From Octopus vulgaris (lineage: Eukaryota): a stretch of DNA of 64,000 bases. The DNA lies in the NCBI GenBank assembly GCA_951406725.2, contig OX597833.1, positions 61,008,001 through 61,072,000 of the forward strand, written 5' to 3'. The translations under genes and the position numbers were made by a program. Under the pieces are notes generated by a model, which worked only from the letters and a program-made list of their open reading frames with translations, ran no database searches and was not told where the DNA came from. This document shows positions 28,008 to 41,811 of this stretch, one piece after another (the first letter of the stretch is position 1; each line of letters begins with the position of its first letter).

Positions 28008-28228
28008 CCCTTTAGTGTTTAAACCGGCCAAATCCGGCCCAATATGTTCTACATGTTTTATATTCAAACAGGCGATATCTAGCCTCTCACTCCTAACCTA
28101 CAATGCCATTCTGAATATAAGCAATCACATCATTGAAACCTCAAAGCTATAAGATAATGCATGATTAATTCAAAACAATTTGAGTGAAAAAGTATTACAT
28201 TTAACAGAGTATTCTGAACACTAAAGGG
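28008..28228 (+). mobile_element. piggyBac-type MITE
   Basis: TTAA|CCCTTTAGTGTT...AACACTAAAGGG|TTAA with perfect 12-bp TIR. Confidence 0.9.
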
Positions 28229-30739
28229 TTAAACATAGTAATATCGACACACAGCATCAACAACATTCCTCTGTATATTTCACTTTTCGTGGCACACCCA
28301 CTTACAACATCACTGCCTATCGCCAACCAGGCCTACCACTTCATCTTTCATCTTTCTCTGCTCTCTTTTTGAAGGCCAACCCAACTTTAACCTAACCAGC
28401 AGTATTCTTTATTTAGATTAATTGTTAACTTGATACAACCACATTCACCACCACTTACATGAGATTCTGGTCTCTGGCCACTTCACTCCTAACCCAGTAA
28501 ATTTCTCATTCATAAATCTCTTACTACTCACTGTAAACTCTTGTTCTCAGTTCATTCACATCAAATTCATTACAACTGAAACAAACCTCACCCAGCCATT
28601 TCTTTCTACCAATTCTACCTTGACTGTTTACTAGTGAGGCCAGATGATGAGTTGGTAAGGCGGGCACTGTTGTGAGATCTATTGGCAGGACAGTAGACTA
28701 TGGACAAGTAGGCCTAGTAATATTTGAGTGAATGAACTTCTGGGGGTCACTTCTTCTGCACCTCATGCTTATGATTCTAATAGAAATTTCAGTCACCATT
28801 ATCATTACCACCACCATTACTATCACAGCTGTCACCAACGTCACCACCATGTATAGAAGTAGGTATTTCCTCCATTGCCATGGTGTAGAAATAGCCTCTT
28901 CTCCAATAAACACCCTCACTCAAATATCAGACTGTTTGAGTCGAAGTCACTCTTTCCCACGTTCTCACTCACACCTGCGGAGCAAGAAATCAAATCCAAT
29001 ATGTTAGATCCTTTCCAATACCTGGTGACCTCCGTTCTCTGTTCTGTTGGTGACTCTTAATAGTCCTGCTGTTATGCTTCATTTTTAAGACAAACAGAGG
29101 TGCAATTTTCTGGTTTTGACAGTGGCCTTCAACAGGTCAAGTTGCCTTGTTGACACATGATAGCCCTACAGTTTTTATTTTAACCAGGAAATATATTACA
29201 CAACCAAAACAAATCTAGTTTGTTTCACTGAGGCTAAACCAGAAAGAATGAAAGGCTGGGTGCGACAACTATGTGTGGTTGGCTTGTGACCTTCTAGACA
29301 CAGCAGTGTGGGCAGTGAAACCTTATTACATAGACTCAACATGTACATACGTACACATGCATACACATGGATGAACTCGCATATAGTGGAAAGAATAGAT
29401 AAAGGCGTGTACAGACACACACATATGCATTGTGTGTGTGTGTGTGTGTGTATATACAACTCATGTTTCTGCACACCTTTAAACATTCTTTACAATCCGG
29501 TCAAGCATGACATTTCGAATTAAATATCCTTTCAAGTGCATAATGTACAAGAACCTTTGACCCATAACCTGACTGACAGCCAGATGCCTTAGCCATTGGC
29601 TGATCTGGGTTTTACACGCACCTTATTGTTTATTTGTTGAAAGACTTAGATATAACCTTTCCCATGACTGTATTTCTAAGAAAATCATGTGCTATTTTGA
29701 AAATAAACAAGAGAGATTTACTTTACAAAAAAAATGAATAAATAAGTATTTAACATTCTGCTATAGTAGAAGACACTTGCCCAAGGTGCCACGCAGTGGG
29801 ACTGAACCCAGAACCATGTAGTTGGTTGGAAAAATTTGACTGAAAGCAACTGTAGGTGGTACCAGCAACAGTCTCCAGAGTAAGAGGGAAAGAGAGATAG
29901 TTTACTAAGAAATAGGAGAGAGGGTGAAGGTTCCCTATAGATGTTCAGAATATTCTTACATGAACTTCTGACAAGTTTCTTCTTCAAATGTATTTTAAAA
30001 ACAGAAGATTGTGTGTCATCAGAACCTTCGATGGTCTCAGGTTGGCTGGTATCAAAAGAGTTACTTTCTTTTGTGTATGGAGTCTGCTGTACATGTGGGT
30101 ATAAGTTTGTGGTTAACAAGTTTTCCTTCATGATCATGTGGTATCAGTTTTGACCCAATTTTGGGCCACATGTTCAAAACCTTGTGAGTGAAATCAGAAC
30201 TCTATTGGATAAACATTAATGTAACTGCACATACAACCTTTATTTCATTGTTGGTTTGTTTACGTCCCTGTAATATAGCTGCTTGGCAAAAGGGATAGAT
30301 AGAAGTACCAGAATTGTGTTGGGTTGCATGCTCCAGCATGGTCGCAATCCAATGACTAAAACAAGTAGAAGATAAAAGATGAGTTCTTTCTCCACTTCCC
30401 CTCCACCCCAGGAAACCCTGTTGCCTTTGATCCTTAAATAATCACTATGTGTTTGTGTCATATTCTGCCTATTGTTAATTTACTTCTAATTAATTATATC
30501 TATAATTAAGCTGTTTACTTCCACAAAGGTATCTCTGCAAACAGGAAGTTCATTAAAAACTGGTTTTGTTCTTTTCTTAAATTCCCCCCCCCTCTTCGTT
30601 TCTTCCACCACTTCACTGTTTTCTTCTTCTTTTTCTGTCTTCCCTCTCCCCAAGAATGGAATCACCCATTCTAAAAGTATTATTACCTTTAACCAAGGCT
30701 GATTGACATCAAGGCCTGTCAACCAAAATGTACATTTAA

Positions 30740-30958
30740 CCCTTTAGTATTTAAACCGGCCATATCCAGCCGAAATAGTTCATCTGTTTTATGTTCAAAC
30801 TGACCAGATCCAGGCCCTCACACCTACCCTACAATGTTATTCTACATTAAGTAATTACACCATCAAGATCTTGAAGATATGAGATAATGCATGAATAATT
30901 CAAATCAATGGGAATCAATAAGCATTATGCTTGATAGAATAATCTGAACGCTAAAGGG
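30740..30958 (+). mobile_element. piggyBac-type MITE
   Basis: TTAA|CCCTTTAG...CTAAAGGG|TTAA; same internal sequence as the 22212 and 28008 copies. Confidence 0.9.
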
Positions 30959-31568
30959 TTAAGTCTATATAACCTAGTCAATGTCTCTCTTGATCAATTC
31001 CTATAACACACACACACACACAGGGTCTCCAATTATGATCATCATCATCATCATTGTTCGACCGTGATCTCTGTATCTATATACTTATTGATCCAATATT
31101 GTAATCCAGCTTCATGTCATAAAAGGCAACCCCTTAAAGACTTTTATGTTGTTGTTTAGCCTGCTAACACCCATGACCGTTCCATGTCTGCCCCTCACCC
31201 TGGTGTAGTAAAACTTGAACTAAATTATCCGATGTGTTTTCAGTTTTTCAAAATGATAGGATGTGGTTTGAAGGAGGATTGGCTGCTATTTTTAACATGT
31301 CAAGTGACCACATGTCACTTGTTTGATTTCCTCTTGGTATGCGTTCTGGTTGGTTACCCCGACTTTGAACATCCGTGAGTGTTTGTTTTTACAGTGGGCT
31401 TGGTACTCTGCATAGCAGCCCAACAAAGGTTGATGTTGGGATAGCCAGAGTATCACCTTTGAAGGTATATAGTCAATTTTATCAGGACCTAGTATCTGAC
31501 TGGTACTTAATTTATCAATGTTGATAAGGAAAAAGGCTCAGTCCACCTGAGTGTATAGGATTTAAGTG

Positions 31569-31799
31569 GCGGTGAGCTGGCAAAACCGTTAGCACACCGG
31601 CCGAAATGCGTAGCCGTATTTCGTCTGCTGTTACGTTCTGTGTTCAAATTCCACCGAGGTCAATTTTGCCTTTCATCCTTTCGGGGTCGATAAATTAAGT
31701 ACCAGTTACGCACTGGGGTCGATGTAATTGACTTAATATATTTGTCTGTCCTTGTTTGTCCCCTCTGTGTTTAGCCCCTTGTGGGTAATAAAGATAATA
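31569..31799 (+). mobile_element. SINE family A, full length, nested in an older antisense SINE A-like relic
   Basis: 12-bp TSD AGGATTTAAGTG at 31557-31568 and 31800-31811. Confidence 0.9.
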
Positions 31800-32167
31800 A
31801 GGATTTAAGTGAGAACATAGAGACGTAATGAAATACCATGAGGATTTTATGTGACACTAACGAATGTCGCTCATCAATTTATTTTTAATTGTAATGTCTT
31901 CTTGCTGGATTGTCTGCTCTGTCTGTTATGATTTTTTTTATAAATCAACATTTCGAGGGAGTTGTTGGAAAATTGCTGTAAAGAACAAAAGAAACTAAAC
32001 AATCTGCTCAATGACACCTGATAGTGTTGAAGTTGTAAGAGAGACACTTTTACCTGTTGTGCTTCTGTGATTTTAACCTGATACAGTGGTCGTAAATACA
32101 CACCCACATGTATCTATGTACATGTACACAAATGTTTGTTTTGCTGTGCAATCTGTGAATATATCTT

Positions 32168-32495
32168 CGCTCTTTTACTCTTCTACTTGTTTCAGTCATT
32201 TGACTGCGGCCGTACTGGAGCACCGCCTTTAGTCGAGCAAATCGACACCAGGACTTATTCTTTGTAAGCCTAGTACTTATTCTATCGGTCTCTTTTGCCG
32301 AACTGCTAAGTTACGGGGAACGTAAACACACCAGCATCGGTTGTCAAGCAATGTTAGAGGGACAAATACACGCACATATATATACATATGATGAGCTTTT
32401 TTCAGTTTCTGTCTACCAAATCCACTCACAAGGCTTTGGTAGACACTTGCCCGAGGTGCCACGCTGTGGGACTGAACCCAGAACCATGTGGTTGG
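32168..32495 (-). mobile_element. SINE family B
   Basis: Well-preserved reverse-complement copy from the tail (CTTTTACTCTT...TTTCAGTCATTTGACTGCGGCC) to GAACCATGTGGTTGG; the extreme 5' end is replaced by non-SINE sequence. Confidence 0.88.
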
Positions 32496-33236
32496 CAGGG
32501 AAAATTTGACTGGAGACTGTTGCTGCTACCGCCTACAGTTGCTTTGAGAGTAAGAGGGAAAGAGAGATAGTTTACTAAGAAATAGGAGAGAGGGTGAAGG
32601 TTCCCTATAGATATACAATCAAATGGGGATGATATTTATGCCCCACATGAATAGTACATCTGGCATTTTTGAAGTTGGTGTTAAGTCAGAGAATAAAGTA
32701 ACAGGTTGACATCAAAAAGGGCATCCAACCTTAGAATGTTGCTTCAGTTAGTCTCATTCAGTCCATACCAGCATAGGAAAAAAAAACATAAAACCAACAG
32801 TGATGATGATGATAGTGGTGGTGGTTAATGTTGATGATATATCTATCTTCTAGAAGAGATCATCTGTGTTTTATTTCTCTCCACAAAAGTGGCAGGCCAG
32901 GCAGTCAATAGATCAAGCCAGTCATATTATAAAGGTTAATTAATTATCAAGTTCCTTCGTGTCATCTTTTTTTTGTGTTTGACATGTTTGACAGGTCACA
33001 CAGTCTTTTCTTCTCTTCCTCTTTCAGAAATCCCAGGCTTTTTTTTTCCCCTTTTCTGCCTGTCATAAAAAGATTTCCATTAATTCATTCTACAATTTCT
33101 AATATTCTGTTGGTAGTGGGACAGTACTGTACAGCAGTTGTTTGGTAGTTTGTCAGTTCGTTTCTTACTGGACACATCTGAGAGTGACTGACTCTTGGGC
33201 TAAAGTGTTCAATTATACACACTCTTCCACAATACC

Positions 33237-33469
33237 TATTTCTTTACTACCCACAAGGGGCTAAACACAGAGAGGACAAACAAGGACAGACAAAGGGATT
33301 AAGCCAATTACATCGACCCCAGTGCGTATCTGGTTCTTAATTTATCGACCCTGAAAGGATGAACGGCAAAGTCGACCTCGGCGGAATTTGAACTCAGAAC
33401 ATAGCGGCAGACAAAATACTGCTGAGCATTTCGCCCGGCGTGCTAATGATTCTGCCAGCTCACCGCCTT
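33237..33469 (-). mobile_element. SINE family A, full length
   Basis: Flanking direct repeat CAATACC at 33230-33236 and 33470-33476. Confidence 0.9.
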
Positions 33470-34671
33470 CAATACCATCACAGTGACAGTTTAAGGACCA
33501 GATATTTTTCAGAGATAGGAGTTATGTGTGTGTGTGTTTTGGCATTGTCGCCAGTTGATGTCCATATTCCAAACTGGCATGAGTTGGATGGTTTGACAGG
33601 ATCTGGTGGGTCTGAGGACTGCAACATTGCTCCATTGTCTAAGTTGACATAGTCTCTAGGGCTTGATACCATTTCTAACATCAACCACTTTACAGCAGGT
33701 GCTGGGTACTTTTTACATGCCACCATCACCAGTGAAGTTGCCATGCAGATTGCAAGACTAAGATCCCCTTTGACTTAGTTGGGTTACCGAAGAGAGGGAA
33801 GCAGCTTTATGCTGTAGAATGAGATGTTCAAGTGAGTGAGAAGGGGCCAACACAGAACAAGTTTCTTGCTAAAGGGTAGCTACATGGTTACTCACATTTT
33901 AGAAGAGAAGGCGGGGATGATAGTGGTGGTCCTGGGATAATGGTGATGAGGTATCTGGGTGAGCCCTCAAGTTACCAGGTGTTAGAAGTGAGTGGGTGAG
34001 GACAGAGTTTGCAGAGTCTATGGGAGAACAGATATAAGGAATAGGTGAGAGAGTGAATATAATGAATGAAGAACAAGTGCTGAGGGTCCATAAGTAGGGG
34101 AGCTGGGGAACAGTTGGTGATGACCATAGAGGGTTGAGTGGTGGATGTTTGTTATGAAAATGATGGATAAGAAGTGGAGGATGGCCATGATACATGGGGA
34201 TGAAGAACAGCAGAATAGTAATTATAATGCAGTAGATAAAGGGGTGTGTGGGCAAGATTTATGGATGGGTAGGTTATAAGAGTGTGGGGAGGAGAGAGAA
34301 TTTGGTGGTTCATCGGGGGTTAATAATTATTTTCAAATTAAGCGGAAGAGCAACAGTTTTAAGTGATGGTAGGGCATTAAGTGGATTGCATCAACTCCAG
34401 CACTTGACTGGTACTTAATTTATCTTGTAAGGACCTTGGCAGCATTTGAACTTAATGTAAAGAGCCAGATGAAATGGTGCTAAATGTTTTTGTCCTGTGA
34501 GCTAATGATTCTGTCAGCTCACCACCTTAATAATAATAATAATAATATTTTCTACTATAAATACAAAACCTGAAATTTTCAGGGAGGAGGTGGCTTAATT
34601 ACATCAACCCCAGTGCTTAACTGGTACTTCATTGTTCAGCATGCTAACTATTCTGCCACATCGCTGCCTTA

Positions 34672-34704
<33 letters not shown>

Positions 34705-34707
34705 ATA

Positions 34708-35066
34708 ATAAAAGCACTGAGAGCGCAAACCTCTGCCAAGGCAACACCAACATCCTCTCAATGATTAGACAGAGATGATTTTTGAAATGAGAATATCTGA
34801 AATAAACTCGACTGCTCTCACAAACGAGAATACTAAAAATGAACCTGACCACTCTCAAAAATTATGTAAAAAAAAAAACAGGAAAAATAATCCAGAATCT
34901 TTGTCCGGTAATGGATGAATCCCAAAATCTAATCATTTTGTGCCAGTCACAAGGCCAAACATACCTAAAAATTTCATCTTAATCTGTTTGGCAGTTCTTG
35001 AGATATCTCGTCCACAGACAAACAAACATGACTGAAGACAATGCCATCGCTAAAGCGGAGGTGATA
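34708..35066. mobile_element. Non-autonomous Helentron/DINE-1-like element (tentative)
   Basis: Subterminal inverted repeat ACCTCTGC (34729-34736) / GCGGAGGT (35055-35062), short (ACAA)n tract near one end, inserted in an (AAT)n tract; no ORF. Confidence 0.5.
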
Positions 35067-36084
35067 ATAATCTTTTCTACTATAGGCACAAGGCCTGAAA
35101 TTTGATGGGTGGGGGTATAGTCGATTACATTTATCCCGGTACACAACTAGTACTTAATTTATCAATCCCGAAAGGATGAAAGGCAAAGTTGACCTCGGTG
35201 GAATAATAATAATTGTAACCCAACTTTGTGGGGAGTGTTTTGTCTATGCTTAATGTTACAGAAACTGTCATCAGCATTGAAATTAAGGTTTTATAGGAAG
35301 GAGAAAGACCAGGTGCAACAATTCACCTGTCATTTTCAGTTATTTTAGTTTCAAATCCAGTAAGCATACCAGTCACGGTTGTATCCTTCCGCTGTAGGCT
35401 TATTACACAGATATTAAACTATAATTACTACACTAGAGTTACGTTCATCAATACTCTGCCTTCCTTGAACAATTGGCTTTATGTGTCTCCCTCAAAATCA
35501 ATCATTAATCAAATACACATACATAGTAATTTACGCTGAATTGATGATGACAGACATGTCGTATTAAAAACTTGACATATTTTGAAAATTGATTTCCTCT
35601 ACAAAAATTTATAAAACCTCGTCGGTAAAGTCTTTAAGTTGTTAACTGAGTATTTTAGAAACTTGTTGCCCCTCCCTTTCATCCTTCCCTTTCTCTTCCC
35701 CCTTGAACTTATATTTGTATAAAGTAAGGGCTACTACTATACCCTGCGACAGACTTGACACCTTTTCAAGGGATATGTTGTGATCTCGGTCACTTATTTG
35801 CTATGGAATCTGGGTAACTGGGCCCCAATGAGTCCTAAGACTTGAGGCAGTAATGTCCAGGGTTTGATGATGATGATGGCTATCATATTTTCAAGTGAAT
35901 GGAGGGAGATTTGGCTGCTTTTTCTAGCAGCTTTAATAGTTCCATAGAGGCTTACTCATTGGCTTGTGATGGTAGTGGGAAATGTCAAGAGAATGGTAAA
36001 ATTTATTTCTGAATGAAATTGACATTTTAATATTCAATTTTATCTTTCAATTCTGTCGTTAAATATAATATAATAAATAAATAT

Positions 36085-36420
36085 AGGTGCAGTCATAGCT
36101 GTGTGGTTAAGAAGTTTGCTGGTTCTGGATTCAGTTCCACTGTGTGGCACCTTGGCAAGTACCTGCTGTAATTTCAAGCCTTGGGAGTGGATATGGTAGA
36201 CAGAAACTGAAAGTAGCCCATCATATAAATTAAACGTGTTTTTATTTGTGTTTGTCCACCACCAGAACAGGAGTTGGTTTGGCATGAGACCAATAGAATA
36301 AGTAATCCGGCTTAAAATTTTAAAAAAATGAATACCAAGGGTGTGGTCAATTCGACTCAAGCCTTCTAAGGCGTATCTCAGCACGGCTGCTGTCTAATGA
36401 GTGAAACAAGTAAAAGGTAA
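36085..36420 (+). mobile_element. SINE family B, full length, degenerate
   Basis: GCTGTGTGGTTAAGAAGTTTGCT...GAAACAAGTAAAAG. Confidence 0.8.
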
Positions 36421-37891
36421 ATAAATACGGGTTTGCTGTGCATGGAGTATTTGTGCGTAACATCATACACGTATAATATAGCTGACAAGTGTTATTGATA
36501 GAGGGGGTAGCTGGGTAATAGCTGGGTGGTAGTGTGCGACAGCTGTAGCAATCTGGCTCCATCCAGTACACACAGGAGTTGATTAAATACACGCGCATGC
36601 ACACACACACACACACACACACACACGACAGGTGCTCTGATTATCTCTGATATTAGACTTAACAATGCGGCTACACTTTTCAGCTGGGTTTCCCTAAGTT
36701 CAGCTGTCGCCGCGCTGCGGAGTGTGGGACACGGGGGAAGGGAAAGACGGAGGAGAGGAGGGAATGTTTAAAGTAGCTTTACACCCTTCCCCCTTTTCTT
36801 GCTCCCTACAATCCCTTCAGATTCTATTAATGCAAGTACTGATACCCACCTATTGACCACCCATTATATAAATACCATCAGGGAAGTTTCTCCTATCTCA
36901 CCCCTCTTGCTATTCATGGTTCCTCAACATTTAAACCATTTAGTCATATTTTACTTGCTGTTGTTCAATATTAGCAGCAGCAGTGGCAGCTGTCATCATC
37001 ATAGTAGTAGTAGCAGCAGCAGCAGTAGTAGAAGTAGTAGTAGTAGTAGTAGTAGTATATTTCTATAGAATCTCTGATTTGGTTGTTTTAAAATTACTAG
37101 CATATAATGTAGCTGTTGTTTAACCTTAGGTCAGCCCTGGTCAAGCATGCCTGGATCAGAAAGCATTTAACCGTCACCATACCTTATGCCTAAGGTTATC
37201 TAGGACAACATTACCCAGTGTGCCCCTTATGTAAAATAGTAGGGTGTGTATGATTTGAAGGAGAACTGGCTGGTGTTTCTAGCAGATCAACCGGCCGTCC
37301 CTTCTACCCATTCTAGTGGTGGTGATGGTATACTGGTAGTGATGGTGGTGTAGTGATATATATATATATATATGTGTGTGAGCTGGTGGTGGTGTTTAGT
37401 TGCCAGAGATACAGCTATTTATGCTGATGGCAGTAGTTATTATGGTGTGTGCGCGCACGCATGCACACACACACACACGTGTATGTGTGTGTATGCACAT
37501 GTGTGTGTGTGTGCGCGCATTGTATTAACAAGGTCACCAACATTACATTTAACACTAGTAATATTGGTAGTCTTAATAGACACCATATCTCCTTCTCTCC
37601 CTCTCTCTCTCTCGCTCGCTCTCTTTTGTCTCTCTCTCTCTCTCCATAGTTGTCAGGACAAACCATAGGAGTGACTGTGCTCCTGCTATAATTTGTGTCC
37701 TCTCCTAGGCTTCTGTGTGTGTGTGTGTGTGTTTGTGTGTGTGTAATCACTCACTACCCCTCTGTCTGTGTCTGTCTCTCTCTTTCTATCTCTCTCTCCA
37801 CTGCTGCTTACAGATTCATGCCTAAGCTCAAACTGTGTGTGTGTATGTATATATATATGTATACATACATACATACATATACACACACTAT

Positions 37892-37925
<34 letters not shown>

Positions 37926-38251
37926 GATGCCAATTGCTGCCATGGTGGATGGCTGCTTCCCTCACTGTTGTATGTTTATTGTCGGCGGATCAGATAGTGC
38001 AGTGTGTGCTTATCTCTCTCTCTCTCTCTCTCTCTTACTCTCTCTCTCTTTATCTCTCTCACTCTGTGTGTGTGTGTGTGAGAGAGTCTGTCTGTCTGTA
38101 TGTGAGTTACATTTCCTCTGCAGTGTGTTGTTGTGTAAAACAATATTTATGTTTGCTTTCTGCAGCAGGGTTTTATATAAATACTGATTTTGTGTGTGTG
38201 AGTGTGGATTAGTAGCTACTGGTCTGGCAGATTTCCTTTGCTTCTGTACTT

Positions 38252-38294
<43 letters not shown>

Positions 38295-38780
38295 CATCTC
38301 TAATCTTTCCTCCTCCTCCTCCTCCTCTGCCATATTCCAAACATTACACATCACACTGTTTCTTTACCAAAAATGTGTGTCATTTCAATAGTTGGAAGTA
38401 AATCTGATTGTCTTCCAGTGTCAATAGCTGATGACTAATTCCCCTTTTATCACATGGACTATGGAGTTGGGGGTAGGGGGCCAGAAAGGAAAAAGCAGGG
38501 GTTTGAGAAAAAAAAAAAAAAAAACAACTGACAAAAATAGTCAAGCATCATTTTTGTTTTTTTTTTACTTTAAAAGGGCCTCTTCTAATGTGTTATGGTT
38601 TATTAATTATATCACTTGTAGTTTTAAGGGTCAGTCTGTAACTTAGCAAAATATTGGTTATATGGGGCGGGGTGCATAACGTTCCAAAATAAAATTGGTG
38701 ATTATAGAATTTTAGTGTTTAATTTCATTGGCATAATGAAAGATTCTGTTTTGGGGTAACAAAAATATATACAGACTGCC

Positions 38781-39006
38781 TATTTCTTTACTACCCACAA
38801 GGGGCTAAACACAGAGGGGACAAACAAGGACAGACAAACAGATTAAGTCGATTATATCAACTCCAGTGCGTAACTGGTACTTATTTAATCGACCCCGAAA
38901 GGATGAAAGGCAAAGTCGACCTCGGCGGAGTTTGAACTCAGAACGTAGCGGCAGACGAAATACCGCTAAGCATTTCGCCCGGCGTGCTAACGATTCTGCC
39001 AGCTCG
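38781..39006 (-). mobile_element. SINE family A, young full-length copy
   Basis: Close to the in-window consensus; flanks CAGACTGCC / CAGACTACC. Confidence 0.92.
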
Positions 39007-39909
39007 CAGACTACCATGCACACTCACACATTCACAAATATATATCTGTATGTATATGTTACCACGCACATACACACACATGTATTGTATCATATATGTT
39101 ATAAACTTTCCAACCCCTACAATGTTGTGGCCAATTACTCCTGCTTCAGCAACATCACCTCTAACATCACATGCTACAGGAGACACAACCTCTGGTACAC
39201 ACCCCAACTTGTAATTGTTGAAATTCTACTAACTGCCCACTGGGAGGATCCTGTCTGTCGAGCAATTGTATATGAACCACCCTCACACCATCCAATGGCA
39301 TTGCAAGCCACTACCTTCAAGGGAAGTTATGCACATCATATACACTTCTTCAGTTGTAGGTATAAGGAAAACTCTTCTTCTCTATCCTGTTTTTTTTTTC
39401 TGGAAATTCCATGGCCACCAGAGCAACTTCCCCAGCATCAAATGGATTACCGTTGAAAAAGCCCCTCCATATTCATCTGGAACTCACAATTGCTGATTCT
39501 GCCTCCAAAAGAGACTGCACCTACTCCACCAACCAGTAATATCCCGACATACCACCTTAAGCTTGCCTACTCTGTACTCAAGGGCACAGTACTTAATCCT
39601 TGCTGCCCTATAGACTACTGCCCCATACATACTAACAATCCTACCTAGCACCACCAAATCCAGTTACTCCTATGGAAAGGCCGTCACCACTATAGTGTTA
39701 GTTCTCTACTGATCCACAATGAGTAGCAGCAAATGCAATGAAATGATGTTGCTAAATAAACAATTCCACAATCTCCAAACATAGCTTACCTACCATATCC
39801 TGTACAACCACATAGATATGGATAAGAACTGATGTGACTTCCATACCAATAAAATTATGTGGCTATACATTCATACATACATATATATATATATAATATA
39901 TATATATAT

Positions 39910-40073
39910 AAGCACCCACTACACTCTGAGTGGTTGGCATTAGGAAAGGCATCCAGCTGTAAAAACACTGCTAGATCAGATTGGAGCCTGGTACAGCCAT
40001 CTGGTTCGCCAGCCCTCAGTCAAAATCGTCCAACCCATGCTAGCATGGAAAGCGGATGTTAAACGATGATGAT
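39910..40073 (+). mobile_element. Retroelement 3' end, family C, with (GAT)n tail
   Basis: GGTTGGCATTAGGAAGGCATCCAGCTGT...CCAACCCATGCTAGCATGGAAAGCGGATGTTAAACGATGATGAT. Related copies at about 9850-9930, 32690-32815 and 42178-42360 (+), and 22915-23010, 33540-33740, 40078-40195 and 42720-42825 (-). Confidence 0.8.
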
Positions 40074-40594
40074 ATATATCATCATTTAACGGCTCCTTCC
40101 ATGTTCACATAGGCTGGACAGTTTGACAGGAACTGGCAAGGCCAGGATCCGCATCGAGGCCCCATTGTCTGTTTTGGCAGGTTTTCTATGGCTCCGTCAC
40201 TTGCAAGTGAATATGACTTGCTGGCTTGTACCACATTTCTAAAACTGATTTTAGGTCCCTGTGTAGTTGTGAGCAGACATAGGCACCAATCTCAACCCAC
40301 TCACCCCATAAAGTCAGCAAAAACATCAATGATGTGACAGGTAGAAAGGGAGAGGGCTACACCAACATTTGGTACATATTTACAGCTGAGTAGACTGGTG
40401 TGACACGAAATGAAGTATCTTGTAGGACACAGTGTGTTGTCCTGTCTTGGAATAAAATCTGTGCCCTTATGAATGTGAGCCCAATACCATAACCATGAGG
40501 CCATATCCTTTCATATCTCTCTTTTTCTCATATATATACACACACACACACACACTTTTATCTGTTCCAGTCATTGGGCTTGAAGGGTTTACTT

Positions 40595-40792
40595 CAGGGG
40601 TCCCCAAACTTTTTAGACCATTGACCCCTTCATGGAACCCTTGACCACCTTATTGACCCTCAGGCATGTAAAGAAAATAGATAAATAATAATAAGTAGAT
40701 GTGCAGTTTCCAGGCATTTATCAACCCCTTCAATAGTCCCATAGACTCCTCCTCCCCCCAGGGGTCAGTTTTGACCACTTAGGGAACCCCTG
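40595..40792. mobile_element. hAT-type MITE inserted into a SINE B relic
   Basis: TIRs CAGGGGTCCCCAA / TTAGGGAACCCCTG; 8-bp TSD GTTTACTT / GTTTAGTT. Confidence 0.85.
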
Positions 40793-41369
40793 GTTTAGTT
40801 GAACAAATGGACTCTAGTATCTTTAATTTTGGTACTTGTTCTGTTGGTCCCTTTTGCCAAACTACTAAAATGTGCATGTACGTGTGTATGTGCATCTGTG
40901 TATTTGCATACATGCATGTAAGTGCATGTGTATCTGTGTGCATACAAGTCTGTATGTCATGGTGTTCCATCATTTTCCTTCTGCAGAGATGAGTTAAATT
41001 TATCCGCATCAAGCACCTCTCGCTTCTTGTAGGTGCTCCATTGTCTCTGACCTTGCAGCAAATGTAACTCTGTCTCAGTACCTTCCACCATCTGTCTCCA
41101 TTACATATACACACGCCACCACTACCACCACCACCGCTCTACTCAGCAGGTGTTGTCCCTTCACATACCTCTATCAGTACACTTGCCCTCCCCCCCTCCC
41201 AGCTGTTTGCTCAGCCTTCCATGCAACTTAACCATGTCACATCCAACAGATCGTTCACAGTTCACTTCTCTAATTTCATTGCACTTCCGTAATCAACTCC
41301 TCATCTCTCGTTACCATGCAACATCACACATCTCTCATTTACTTCATTACAGCCTGCTTTTTTTTGCAT

Positions 41370-41401
<32 letters not shown>

Positions 41402-41527
41402 CGACCAGTAATATCTCCTAGAACTTCTTCCAGCTCATTAGCATTATAATTTTCCAGACTATTTAACCTGATCTTTAGAGGGTATATTTACAATATTTAG
41501 ACCATTTAGTGTGTGTGTGTATATGTG

Positions 41528-41577
<50 letters not shown>

Positions 41578-41579
<2 letters not shown>

Positions 41580-41811
41580 GGCGGCGAGCTGGCAGAAATG
41601 TTAGCACGCCGGGCGAAATGCATGTAGCTGTATTTCATCTGCCGTTACGTTCTGAGTTCAAATTCCGCCGAAGTTGACTTTGCCTTTCATCCTTTCAGGG
41701 GCGATAAATTAAGTACCAGTTACACACTGGGGTCAATATAATCGACTTAATCCGTTTGTCTGTCCTTGTTTGTCCCCTCTGTGTTTAGCCCCTTGTGGGT
41801 AGTAAAGAAAC
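41578..41811 (+). mobile_element. SINE family A, full length, inserted in a (TA)n tract
   Basis: AAGGCGGCGAGCTGGCAG...GTAAAGAAA with TA repeats on both sides. Confidence 0.9.

Noticed and set aside
38866-39456. 196-aa ORF starting MRNWYL..RPRKDERQSRPRR (similar ORFs at 48082 and 51254)
   Set aside because: Antisense translation of SINE family A; it recurs because the SINE recurs.
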